Assembly: GCA_025839675.1 (NCBI GenBank)
Contig: CP104013.1
Location: 1,860,001-1,892,000 of the forward strand
Length of the DNA stretch: 32,000 nucleotides
Direction of reading: 5' to 3'
Source of the DNA: Candidatus Lokiarchaeum ossiferum
GTDB taxonomy: Archaea; Asgardarchaeota; Lokiarchaeia; Sigyniarchaeales; Promethearchaeaceae
A model generated the notes under the pieces. The model did no database searches and was not told the DNA's origin. It saw nothing but the letters and a program-made list of their open reading frames with translations. A program made the position numbers and the translations under genes. Position 1 is the stretch's first letter, and every line of letters starts with the position of its first letter. Positions 1 to 10,200 of this stretch are shown here, piece by piece.

Positions 1-3000
1 CTCACCCCATGGATATATTATCGGAGGATTAATTACTTCTATTTCAGTCTCCCAATATTCAATTATTTCTAAATCGAGATTAACTGTTTTTGTTGCAGTA
101 TTCTCTTTTTGGGCACTTAGAGTTAAGGTGTATTGTCCTGCCGGGAAATTAATAAGCGATTTATTACAAATATATTCTCCTGTACTTACCTCATAGACAT
201 CTAAATCCAATCCGATTGAATCTATCCTTCCGGATAACGTCGGATAAATTTCGAGGAAACTCAAAAATTGAACTCCCAAGCTTAACACTTCATTTTGTGC
301 AATTTTTATCGCATTCGAAGATATTTTAAAATCTTTACCAATTGAATAAACGAAATCCACTGATCTTCGAAGAACTAAAATATTCACAGAAGATTTTTCG
401 GAAAGTGAATAATTGGTTAATTCCATTGTGAATTCAAGCAAGAATGATCCCACTTTACTCGCAAGGAAAGTAAAATTATATTCACCATTTTCTGTAAAGT
501 CCAGATACCCTCTTTCAATAGAATTACTTCCGGGTTGAGAAACGTTGTACAAATTATACTCTATTAATGCCCCATCGATCCTTTTTCCTAAAATACTGCT
601 GGAAGATTCAGTGACATTCATTATGACGTTTATGTCGATTGAATCATCGAAATAAAGTTCTACTTCTTGGATCTCCGATTCACTATCAAATGGTGTAAGA
701 GAAGTATCCACAGGACGAATTGAAACCCATGGTTTTACAGTTGCTATAGAATATTGAGATTGTTCAATGGTTGGAATGATATAGAATAATTTCTCACTTG
801 CTACTTCTAAAACACTCGTATTTACCTCAATTCGATAATAACCATCGCCATAAGCACCATCATCTTTTAGATTTTCCCAAGTCCAATTTGCAGGATCACT
901 CGAAGAAAGCAAAATTTCTTCAACTTCAGTAGCACCTTCCATATAAGTAATCGAGAGTTGAGAAATTTCGGCATCACTCAGCGGATCGCTTAATCGAGGT
1001 TCGGATGTGCATTCATAATAAACATAGAATGTGACATTATTACTCCAAGAAGTTGATAATGGAGGATTAACGATTTCTAATTTGGAACTCCAGGTAGATA
1101 AGATTTCCACATTTATTTTGATAGTTGAATTTTCGTGGTTCATTTTTTCAGTGATAATGTAAAATTCGTGGAAACCTAAACTAAAACCAGAAGCACTTAC
1201 CGTACAGTTATATTGCCATTCTCCAAGCCCATAATTATAATTCATTATAGGATTGGCAAGAGTATCTAAATATACCGTAATACTTGCATCATTGACTTGG
1301 CTGGAATTACTCACATAGGTATAATTCAAAAATGTCGTGATATTTTCCGTGATTGATGTTCGTAGTGAAGTATCACTTATTTTGAAGTCGGATTCAATAA
1401 AAGTATCTGTTTGAGTATCTACAGGTAAAATAGTAATCACTACAGTCAAGGATTGCGCCGTAAGGTTTCTTGCAGCAGCACTCAAACTGATTGTGTAAAC
1501 CCCAACATTCAAACTATATTTTGAAACAGTGAGTAAATACACACTACTGCTCGCATCTAAACTCGCTAATGTTCCCGAAAATACAGTATCTTGAATGGTA
1601 TATTCAATGGTTGAAATCGAATCAGAAATGTTCATAATTTCAGGAAGAACTGTTGTATAGTTGAAAGAAATAACAATATCTTGATCCCATTGTTTAGTAA
1701 GTTCAGATGTAGATGTTATTCGTTGGAATTTTGTGGTGTGATTCAATATTCGAATTTCACAAACAAAAGTAGAACTTTGCAAATCTTCAGTACCAGCATT
1801 TTGACCTCCTACTACAAATGTAAACACATAAGTTCCTGCCCCATACTGTGTTGAGAATAAACTAATATTGTATAAACCGGTCCCCACAGATAAATCATTG
1901 AAATCATCTGAGGATGAATCATTTATACTGTTTCCATTTTTAGTTAATTCCCAACTTCCTGTAGTTAGCCCTACTCCATGAGTTACAGCAGCATCATTGA
2001 AGAGATCATAAAAATATAGTTCTATTTCTACTGAATCCCCATAATACATTGTGAGATAAAATTGTGAACTTGAATCACTTGTTTGATTGTTATCATGAAC
2101 ACTGTCCCATCCTGTAATTCCAGATTTTCCAAAATATAAATCAGTATTTGATAAACTGGTTTTATGTTCTGTTAAGGAAACATACACAATTTTCGATTGG
2201 ATTGTGTCTGCAGTAATAGTCCAATTATAGATCCCATAATTTCCATTTGTTGGAGAAATAGATATTGGCCTGTATTTATTCTGATAGTTAACAGTAATAT
2301 TATAAATAGAACGAGGACAACGTATTGTGAGATTACCTTGGGCATTACTTTGGAAATAAGTAATATTTAACCCAGTATAGAAATTTTTAAGAGTAATATT
2401 TGCGTTGTATAAACCTCTGTAAGCAATTGGAATATTATCATCAGCATCCCAAACCATTAAGTTTATTGTTGTCAAATTACAATCCAATAAAGATCCGGTT
2501 AAAACATAATCTTGATCTTGTGGATCGATTGCTATGTAATTTGGGTTTTCATAAATAATATAATCTGTGGTTAACCCAGAAGATTCTTCTCCAACAGTAT
2601 ATTTTACCCATACATCCCAAGATGCACTATAAATGTTTTGTAATCGAATTTTACCACTCCCATCCGAAACAATCTCGAATGTTTTGGAAGAATCTGCGTT
2701 GTCAGTAAAATTAACAACCGCATTGGGAATAATATTACCATCATGATCATAGACTGTTAATTCATATGTTGTTAAGTTTGCATTAATCTCTTCAAAGATA
2801 TAATCATTTGCTGTAGCAATTTCTAAGGAAAAGTTTAAGATGATTTCCCTTCCACTACCAGCAGCAACATCCACAACTAAATTCCAAGAATCACTCTCAG
2901 TACTATTATATATTCCTAGAAATTCAATAACTCCATCATCCAAATTCCCACTAAAACTCGTACCATCCTTATTAGTCAATTGGATCGAAGGTGATACTGA

Positions 3001-5844
3001 GTTTGATAATGGTGTTCCCGAATAATCATTGATAGTAAATTGCACATTTGTTAAATTAGCTATAATTGTATCGAAGATCAATTCTTCATTATCTTCAAAT
3101 GTTGAATTTCTGACTTGATATACATTATCATAAATCACGTGATCATCAGATGAGGTAACAGTCAATTGCCAATTGCTGGAAGTTTCATATACTTCCGTTA
3201 AAGTGACGTTTCCATTGACATCCGTTATACCAGATTTGATAATAGATGGATCATTTAGATTAGTTAGCGCTACCGTGGCACCAGAGATATCATTCAATGA
3301 AGGATCTAAGAAATTCAACCTAGTATTTGTCAAATTTCTGTTTAATGTCAATTCAGAAGAATTTAATGATAAATAAAATATTTCCCAATTAAAAACAGGA
3401 CTATATAGAGGTTCAATTGTTTTAGTATAATTGGCAACTATGAAACCACTTTCAGTTTGTAACTTAATCCTATAATCACCAAAGGGGATTTGAGTAAACA
3501 AAGCTTCCTCACTTGTAACCAAAGATGAAAAACTGACAGATGGATTATCAATATATTCCATTAAAACTTGCCCATTTACTAAATTTGGTATATAGAATTT
3601 AACATTTGTTAAATTACATATAATTTCATAGTTTGATGTTGATATGGCACTATCTAACACATAGGTACTATTAAAAATTGTATAATAAGTTGGGGCACCA
3701 TATTTTACTTTTACAATCAACCTCCAAGTTTCATTATACATTCCTGTAACAGATAATGACCCATCTGTCAAATCCGCTAAATCATACGATGAAAATAGAG
3801 ATTGATCACTTTCTTTATAGATTGAAAAATTCAGATTTGCTATTGGATTTCCATCTTCAGTTTGATCAATTAATCTCCCCAGATCATCTTTAATAGTAAA
3901 AACCGCATCAATAAACACTTCCGTCTGCACTGTAAAATCTATATTGCTGAAGTATACTTTGCTTTGACTATCAGTAAAATAACTTAATTCCACTCCAGAA
4001 TCAATTTCAATTCCAACAGTCCAACGTAATCTGCCCGAATTATCTAAAGCATCACGTTGAGTAGAATTTAAGATCCACCCGAACTGATCACAACCTGTCC
4101 CATATCCAAGAGAAGCACCCCGAACATCAGCAAAGGAATTTAGAGAATAATTAGTAAATGTGTAGTCTGCATTAAATGTACCAGAAGAAGATTCATCAAT
4201 TTCCAAGATAGCAAATACACGAGCTTTTTCTAAAGTTTCTGATAAATTTGCAGCATTAGCACTTCTAATTGCAGTTGGAATTTGATATCCGAACGTCAGT
4301 TCAGCGGGAGATTCGGGTATTATTGATCGTTTAGATCCCCAAGCAACAGGATCTGAAGTAATTAAAATTTGCTCCGGAGAAGATGGTAAATCATAAGGAG
4401 TTGATTCAGTGACCTCTACATAAGGTTCCACAATTTCTACAGAAACACCATTATCTTGTTCAAAATATTCATATATTGCATTATCAATGTGATTAGGATC
4501 ATTACGAATACCTCGAAAATACCCATATTGATGATGAGTTAAATCAACAGTCATCTGTAAGAAATACCAACCTGTACTATCTAATTCTGATCCAAAGTCA
4601 CCACTTTGAGTAATGGAAACATCATCGTCAAATGCACCAGTTCCAGAATCTTCTGAGAAGGATTTAATTGATTGTGTATTGGGTACCATAACAGGTGATC
4701 CCCCATTATATTCCCAAATATCATAAGTCAATTCGCCCGTAATATCAGTTTGATAAAATGTTTCATTTGCAATCTCATATCCTTGATAATTTGAATTAAT
4801 TACGACTTTATCCAAAGGATGATATTCAAGTTCACCGATTTCATATAGATTAACATCAGCCCCATAATAGGCATTTGTTGAATCGGTAGTTTGATCATAG
4901 TAAAAATACATTCGAATTTCAGTTGAATAATCAAATGAAGTATCCCAGTACGCGTTCACATATTGAGTATTGTCAATCGTACCATCTTGACCTGTACTTT
5001 GAATATAAAGGTGCCACCAAGTAGTCCTTGCTGCTTCAATGCTGATTGTGTCTTGATCATAATCTACACTATAGCTCCTTTGAGGTGCGATTTTAGAATC
5101 AGCATAGTCACCATATGTACCGCTAGGTGTTGTAGTTGAAGATTGTAAAACAGCAGGTCCCAAAATAGTTCCAGATTCGTAAGTATTTGCAGGGTACGTG
5201 TAACTGTAGGATCGAGGATTATCTTGAAAAGTCCAATCTTCAGTATACATCATCACATTTGATAAGCTGTTTCCATATACACTCCGACCTGTACTATTAA
5301 ATTCTTCACCACTTGCTAAATAACCCACACTTGAAGGAGTTGACTCATCAATGTGCAATAACCCAGTAGATTCATTCATATCCGTATTATTCAGAGAAAA
5401 GAGTTTTGTTCTTCGAGCACTATCAAGTTGGATGGCCCCAACACCCAAATCCTCGAAATCAGTACTTCCAGCAACATAAGAATTAGAATCATATACATAA
5501 TCATTAAAAGGATTCCAATTTTGAGTATTAGTCTTTGTTTGGGTTGTTAGACCAGAAGTGATGGATCCATCCCCCCAATATGTATCAACGTAACTATTAG
5601 CACCATCATAAGTCCATACTGAAGGATTAAATTTTTCACTATATACTCCCTCGGGTATGAAGTTCTTTTCTTCATATAAACCATCAAGAGCACTATTTAT
5701 ATCTTGATTCGGTCCAAGTTCATCTCCCGTCGTTAAGTTTTCTTCAAAGTTATAAAAAGGATTATCAAACCCGACAGAAAAGATCTGGAGACAAAAGATA
5801 AAAACTAACACGATAGAATTTAGGTTATTTTTCTTTGTTTTCAT
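1..5844 (-). CDS. Giant secreted/surface protein, paralog 1. Only the N-terminal 1948 codons lie in the window; the ORF runs off the left edge.
   Basis: ATG at 5844-5842 follows a GAGGT Shine-Dalgarno-like motif (TTTGAGGTAATTAAATG). The N-terminus MKTKKNNLNSIVLVFIFCLQIFSVGF has a basic n-region and a hydrophobic core, like a signal peptide. I checked in-frame triplets in more than 15 sequence lines spread over the region and found no stop. The frame reaches base 1 (...LDLEIIEYWETEIEVINPPIIYPWGE). It is absent from the supplied ORF track, presumably because it has no stop in the window. Its C-terminal half is collinear with the 2017-aa protein (LEIVNPPLSTSW vs LEIITPPTVYPW; WTWENLKDDGAYGDGYYRIEVNTSV vs WDWENLKNNPNYGSGYYLIWFNTSV). 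Confidence 0.85.
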   Translation of the reverse strand, partial: MKTKKNNLNSIVLVFIFCLQIFSVGFDNPFYNFEENLTTGDELGPNQDINSALDGLYEEKNFIPEGVYSEKFNPSVWTYDGANSYVDTYWGDGSITSGLTTQTKTNTQNWNPFNDYVYDSNSYVAGSTDFEDLGVGAIQLDSARRTKLFSLNNTDMNESTGLLHIDESTPSSVGYLASGEEFNSTGRSVYGNSLSNVMMYTEDWTFQDNPRSYSYTYPANTYESGTILGPAVLQSSTTTPSGTYGDYADSKIAPQRSYSVDYDQDTISIEAARTTWWHLYIQSTGQDGTIDNTQYVNAYWDTSFDYSTEIRMYFYYDQTTDSTNAYYGADVNLYEIGELEYHPLDKVVINSNYQGYEIANETFYQTDITGELTYDIWEYNGGSPVMVPNTQSIKSFSEDSGTGAFDDDVSITQSGDFGSELDSTGWYFLQMTVDLTHHQYGYFRGIRNDPNHIDNAIYEYFEQDNGVSVEIVEPYVEVTESTPYDLPSSPEQILITSDPVAWGSKRSIIPESPAELTFGYQIPTAIRSANAANLSETLEKARVFAILEIDESSSGTFNADYTFTNYSLNSFADVRGASLGYGTGCDQFGWILNSTQRDALDNSGRLRWTVGIEIDSGVELSYFTDSQSKVYFSNIDFTVQTEVFIDAVFTIKDDLGRLIDQTEDGNPIANLNFSIYKESDQSLFSSYDLADLTDGSLSVTGMYNETWRLIVKVKYGAPTYYTIFNSTYVLDSAISTSNYEIICNLTNVKFYIPNLVNGQVLMEYIDNPSVSFSSLVTSEEALFTQIPFGDYRIKLQTESGFIVANYTKTIEPLYSPVFNWEIFYLSLNSSELTLNRNLTNTRLNFLDPSLNDISGATVALTNLNDPSIIKSGITDVNGNVTLTEVYETSSNWQLTVTSSDDHVIYDNVYQVRNSTFEDNEELIFDTIIANLTNVQFTINDYSGTPLSNSVSPSIQLTNKDGTSFSGNLDDGVIEFLGIYNSTESDSWNLVVDVAAGSGREIILNFSLEIATANDYIFEEINANLTTYELTVYDHDGNIIPNAVVNFTDNADSSKTFEIVSDGSGKIRLQNIYSASWDVWVKYTVGEESSGLTTDYIIYENPNYIAIDPQDQDYVLTGSLLDCNLTTINLMVWDADDNIPIAYRGLYNANITLKNFYTGLNITYFQSNAQGNLTIRCPRSIYNITVNYQNKYRPISISPTNGNYGIYNWTITADTIQSKIVYVSLTEHKTSLSNTDLYFGKSGITGWDSVHDNNQTSDSSSQFYLTMYYGDSVEIELYFYDLFNDAAVTHGVGLTTGSWELTKNGNSINDSSSDDFNDLSVGTGLYNISLFSTQYGAGTYVFTFVVGGQNAGTEDLQSSTFVCEIRILNHTTKFQRITSTSELTKQWDQDIVISFNYTTVLPEIMNISDSISTIEYTIQDTVFSGTLASLDASSSVYLLTVSKYSLNVGVYTISLSAAARNLTAQSLTVVITILPVDTQTDTFIESDFKISDTSLRTSITENITTFLNYTYVSNSSQVNDASITVYLDTLANPIMNYNYGLGEWQYNCTVSASGFSLGFHEFYIITEKMNHENSTIKINVEILSTWSSKLEIVNPPLSTSWSNNVTFYVYYECTSEPRLSDPLSDAEISQLSITYMEGATEVEEILLSSSDPANWTWENLKDDGAYGDGYYRIEVNTSVLEVASEKLFYIIPTIEQSQYSIATVKPWVSIRPVDTSLTPFDSESEIQEVELYFDDSIDINVIMNVTESSSSILGKRIDGALIEYNLYNVSQPGSNSIERGYLDFTENGEYNFTFLASKVGSFLLEFTMELTNYSLSEKSSVNILVLRRSVDFVYSIGKDFKISSNAIKIAQNEVLSLGVQFLSFLEIYPTLSGRIDSIGLDLDVYEVSTGEYICNKSLINFPAGQYTLTLSAQKENTATKTVNLDLEIIEYWETEIEVINPPIIYPWGE

Positions 5845-6106
5845 TTAATTACCTCAAATTTTTTGGTATTTAGTTATATTACTTACTCTAAAGGTCAAAT
5901 AAGTTTTATGGATAAATTTTCACAATTTACAAGCAAAATTTATTTAGCTAAAAGACTAAAACAAAACACTTTTTTTAAATTTAAGGAATTAAAAATAAAA
6001 CAATCAAGAAAAAATGAAAATTGAAAGCAGAAAGTCCAAATAAGAATGTCAAATTAAAAAATGAAACCTTACTTGGACCATATTTACAATAAATAAAGAA
6101 ATATTT

Positions 6107-6120
6107 AAAAAATCAAAAAA
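6107..6120 (-). terminator. Bipartite oligo-T tract (T6-GA-T6 on the minus strand) just downstream of partner gene copy 1
   Basis: The plus strand reads aaaaaatcaaaaaa at 6107-6120, 15-28 nt beyond the stop codon at 6135-6137. Oligo-T tracts act as archaeal terminators. An analogous T6-AA-T8 tract follows copy 2 although the flanks are otherwise unrelated. Confidence 0.5.
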
Positions 6121-6134
6121 GACTAAGTGAAGAA

Positions 6135-7268
6135 TCAATCAGCTGCGACTTCTTCCTTCTTTTTCGCCACCGCTTTCTTCAATTTCGCTTGAGCATAATA
6201 TTCGTCTTTCATCATATCCAAGGCTTTTAACAGCGCATTCGGATTTTGAGAGCGGGTACGATACTGTTGACGAATGTTGTCAATATTATAGCGCGGATAA
6301 AAGCGTTCAATGAAGAAATCCGAGGTCAAACAGAAATATTCATTGTTCTTATCGTCTTGGAAGACCGCAATCATCTTGGTTTCCCACATGGCTTTCAGAA
6401 CCCGATCCACATCATCCACCCCTTTCTTCCGAAGTTTTTCCAAGTCATTGCGGGTCACCATCGCTTCCCGCATCAATTTGATCACTTCGTAGCAAGCTGG
6501 ATCCAACAGAACTTTATCAATGATCGCCAAATTATCTGCTTCGCTGGGGACATACAGTTCAAAGAAATTCCGCACTTCCTTGATGTAAGAATCCTTCAAG
6601 GATGCAGGCAAGTGATGATCCACCGGATCTTTAACCAGCTCCACCGGAGGGGTGCGTAAGACCATGATATCTTCAGTTAAAAAGACCAAATCAGAAGATA
6701 ACCCCTTCACGGAAGCGATTTTCACGAGCCCAAGTTTCACCATCCCCGCCAAGAGGTTTTCCACATCCACAAAACCCTCGCGGTATTGATCCTTCATCCA
6801 AATCGAGATTTCAGATTTCGAAATGGCAGTTTCTTCCCGTAACCGATTCAGCAACATCCGTTTTACATCACTATTTAATAACATCCCATAGCGTTGTTCT
6901 TCGGTTAACGTTGGATAGACCGACAGACGTTGGAACAAGGGAGGCAAAATCGAATTTAAGGAATCCGACTCCAAATTCATCAGAATCTGGCGTGTAATTT
7001 CCGCTAAGCCCTCTTCATACACATCCCCATCTTCTTCAGCGGTGAGTATCAAGATCACATACACTGCCGATTCGGGTCCAGTATAATAGGAAGCGAGGTT
7101 GACCGCCCCTGCCGTCAATGACACCATTCCCGCTTCACCGGTAAATTCATGCTGAGAATACAGCTGCATCAAGGTTTTCTCTTGAATTACCACTTCTTCA
7201 GGGTAGGCACCTAACACTTCGACCCCTACCCGTTCATCCCAATGCATAATGACTAATCCGGTTGGCAT
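6135..7268 (-). CDS. 377-aa soluble partner protein, copy 1. Predicted longin/roadblock-like N-domain, two winged-helix-like domains and a Lys-rich tail. Function unknown.
   Basis: Complete ORF in the track. The ATG lies 1 nt after the stop of the upstream giant gene, with GGAGGG 7 nt upstream. No hydrophobic stretch long enough for a TM helix or signal peptide. No P-loop or catalytic motif recognised. Residues 1-360 are identical to the ORF at 13648-14781. Confidence 0.93.
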   Translation of the reverse strand: MPTGLVIMHWDERVGVEVLGAYPEEVVIQEKTLMQLYSQHEFTGEAGMVSLTAGAVNLASYYTGPESAVYVILILTAEEDGDVYEEGLAEITRQILMNLESDSLNSILPPLFQRLSVYPTLTEEQRYGMLLNSDVKRMLLNRLREETAISKSEISIWMKDQYREGFVDVENLLAGMVKLGLVKIASVKGLSSDLVFLTEDIMVLRTPPVELVKDPVDHHLPASLKDSYIKEVRNFFELYVPSEADNLAIIDKVLLDPACYEVIKLMREAMVTRNDLEKLRKKGVDDVDRVLKAMWETKMIAVFQDDKNNEYFCLTSDFFIERFYPRYNIDNIRQQYRTRSQNPNALLKALDMMKDEYYAQAKLKKAVAKKKEEVAAD

Positions 7269-7281
7269 TTTAAAGCCCTCC
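7266..7281 (-). promoter_or_regulatory. Translational-coupling junction: Shine-Dalgarno motif embedded in the last codons of the giant gene, then stop, 1 nt, start
   Basis: The minus strand reads GTA GGA GGG CTT TAA A ATG. GGAGGG (7281-7276) encodes the terminal ...VGGL and lies 7 nt upstream of the partner ATG (7268-7266). Confidence 0.7.
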
Positions 7282-10200
7282 TACTTTTTCATCACCTGAA
7301 GTGACATTTGCATCCTTATTAGATTTAACTTCATCGAGATTTAAAACTGCTGCTAAATCTAAATCGATTAAAGACCATCGATTTTTTAACCTTTCTAATA
7401 TTTCGTTCTTAGCAGACACTGTAATTAACTCATCTCCAATGGAACGCTTCTTTTCTATGTCCTTCTTAGTGGCGTCAATTTGCTTGATTATTAATGGAAT
7501 ATTGGCATACTTGATATAACTGTATGTTGCAAGTATTACTGCCATAGCTCCAATTGTAGCTCCAATTATCATCCAGGATCGATAAGTGACTCCTATTAGT
7601 GGATCTATAGGTAATCCAACTTGAAAAGCAATAGGAATAGAAGTTGTTGTATAATTTTCCCTTGTAATAATTATATTAAATTGATAGGGTTGATTTCTTG
7701 CTTCTAATAAAGCTAATTCATCTAAACTTAAGGTAATGGAATACACTCCAGCTGTGGCAGAATCTTCAATCAAATTGTACGTTTTTCCATTCAATTCAAA
7801 AGAGACGGATACATCAGACAAACTGATTCCACTAATTTTATCAGCAATATTAATACTAAAACTAATTTCCCTATTTTTCGGTGTAAATATAGTATTATTA
7901 TCGATATTTAATCCAGTTTGCAAGGAGAATTCTTTTCGTAAACAATTGAAAAATGCAGAAATTGTTGTAGATGTATAATTTTCAAGAAAACTAGTGACAT
8001 AAATTTTGTATTCACCAATTTTAATTGCATTTAATGAGAATTGATACAATCCATTACTTAGATCATCGAGAATTCCACTTTGAAGTATTTGAGACTCATC
8101 TTCTCTACTCACAATTTGATAATTCAATTGTGCACCTTCTATGTTTTTCCCATAAATCGCACTACTTTCATCAGTTACATTTAATTTAACGGAAAACTTT
8201 GTAGATTGATCTAAGATCAATTCAAAAGACTCTACATTTTGGATTTCAGTAGTTGAAGGAGTCAGACCAGTTCGAAGGGCTGTGATCCATATATATGGGC
8301 GAATCGATGCATTTTGGTATAATGAATAGTCTAGAGTTGGAATAGCATAAAATACCCCCGACGATTCGACAGATACAACACTAGTATTAAACCAAATTAA
8401 ATAGTACCCACTTCCATAATTCGGATTATTTTTCAAATTTTCCCAATCCCATAATAACCCTCGCTGATTTTCACCTAAGCTTAATAATTGTAATTCAATC
8501 CCTTCCACTTTATGAGTAATATTTAATGAAAGGACATCAGCAGCATCTAATGCCACATCAGAACGTGTTGGATCGACACTTTCATATCTTACAACGAAGG
8601 ATGAGATATTATTCCAAGGGTATACTGTTGGAGGAGTAATGATCTCCAGATTTGTATCCCAATAATCTAAAATCTCAAGATCGAGATAAATTGATTTGCT
8701 TTCATAGTAGAGCTTGGAAGCTTGAATCTTAACATCGTATTTCCCAATGTCATATAAATCAACATCAATGGAACAATTATAAACACCATTTCCATTGTTG
8801 AATAATGGAATTTCTGCATTATCTTCAACACCTTCAATGAATGCAGATACTGACGCACTCAAACCGAGATAGTTTTCAGATAAATCTGTATAATTGATTT
8901 GGAAGGTAATAATTTCTCCTTTAGCACCTTTCATATAAGTAGATGTGTAAGCAAATAAGTTATCGATAGACACATCTAATACTGTCGGATTTGCTATAAT
9001 TTGAAGGGCGTATGTTTGATCAACTTCCTTATAGTTGGTTTGATTTCCAAAAATTCTTAGAGTATAAATTCCAACAGGTAAATTCAAATTCACAATTGAA
9101 AGATTGTATGTACACCAGTTATCATCCATATCTTGATTCAAAACATATTGTTCAAGTACCCCCGAAACACTTCTACCTACTACTTCATAATTTAAAATGG
9201 CGTTAGAAATGTTTCTCATTTCAGGATAAACACTATAATAATCTACTTGAAGGGAAAGTGCACTATTCCATTGAATAACAAAATCTTCACCCTCATTTTT
9301 CATTTCGAGATAAGAATTGAAGTTCAATATTTCTATTTCAATCTCTAAAAACGAATCTTGAAGATCCGTTTTATTCAATAATAAACTAAAGATATAAGTG
9401 CCAGCAAATAATGATTCTGTGTAAAATGAAAGATTATAAAAACCAGAACCAACATCAAGATCTCCAATATTAGTTGAAGAATTCACAATTTGATTCGAAT
9501 CTTTCCGTAAAAGTGACCAAACACCTCCTGCACCTATAATAGGGACACCATCTTGAATATCTTCAAAATATAATTCTAATGAAAATATTTCTCCATAATA
9601 AACTTCTATAGAATAAGGTTCAATTGTGGTAATATTTTGTGAAGACCAATACTGAGAGCTAAACGAAGAGATAGTCAACTTAGTCTTATGTTCTTGAATA
9701 GAAACGTTGAATACTACAGAAGTTAAGCTAGTTAGTACAATAGTGTTTGTTAAGTTCTCATCTTGTCCGATATCATTTCCAATGATAAAACTACGCAATT
9801 TGTTTTTCACAGATACAGAAAAGTTCCATTGTGTTGCTGGTAATCTAAAAGTAACTATTCCATCACTGTTGGTTAAACTTGAGGTGATGTTAACATTCAC
9901 ACCAGAAGTTGCATTCATTAACGTGACATTTGCCGACCGTAAAATTTGATCATCATAATCTGAATAATAAATATCAGCAACAAAAATATTCAAGGTTGTT
10001 AGATTACAATTAAATATATCATAATAACGCCTACCATCAGAACCAATAGAAAACGTAATATCTTTGGTAAATATAGTATAGTTAACAGCATCATTCACAG
10101 AATATTTTACAGAAAATGACCATATATCATCATATAGTCCTTTAAAGGACACATTTCCAAATGAATTGCTTTGTTTTATAGTAATATCTTCGCCGCTGCT

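Larger units (their letters stand above)
6135..7296 (-). repeat. Direct repeat copy A (about 1.16 kb): partner gene plus the last 9 codons of the giant gene
   Basis: Aligns without gaps to 13648-14809 (offset 7513 nt) with roughly 5-6% mismatches by hand count. Similarity stops abruptly on both sides; the 3' flanks and the giant-gene bodies are unrelated at DNA level. Confidence 0.9.

Noticed and set aside
6246-6659. Plus-strand ORFs of 137 aa and 60 aa inside partner gene copy 1, with matching ORFs (13759-14124, 13823-14005) inside copy 2. Their conservation between the two loci could look like evidence of coding.
   Set aside because: They are antisense shadows of a gene that is itself about 95% conserved. 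Their translations are low-complexity (R/H/F/I-rich), they differ in length between copies, and they accumulate amino acid changes exactly where the sense gene has silent changes.
7273-7284. The Gly-Gly near the C-terminus (…VGGL) as a ubiquitin/SAMP-like conjugation end.
   Set aside because: It is not terminal (a Leu follows), no beta-grasp-like domain precedes it, and the GGA GGG codons are more simply explained as the SD for the downstream gene.
7273-7578. Possibility that the C-terminal TM segments are archaeosortase/exosortase (PGF-CTERM, PEP-CTERM) or sortase (LPxTG) sorting signals.
   Set aside because: Those signals sit at the extreme C-terminus, with only a few basic residues after the helix, and carry a signature tripeptide before it. 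Here the helix is followed by a conserved 79-aa tail and no PGF, PEP or LPxTG motif precedes it.
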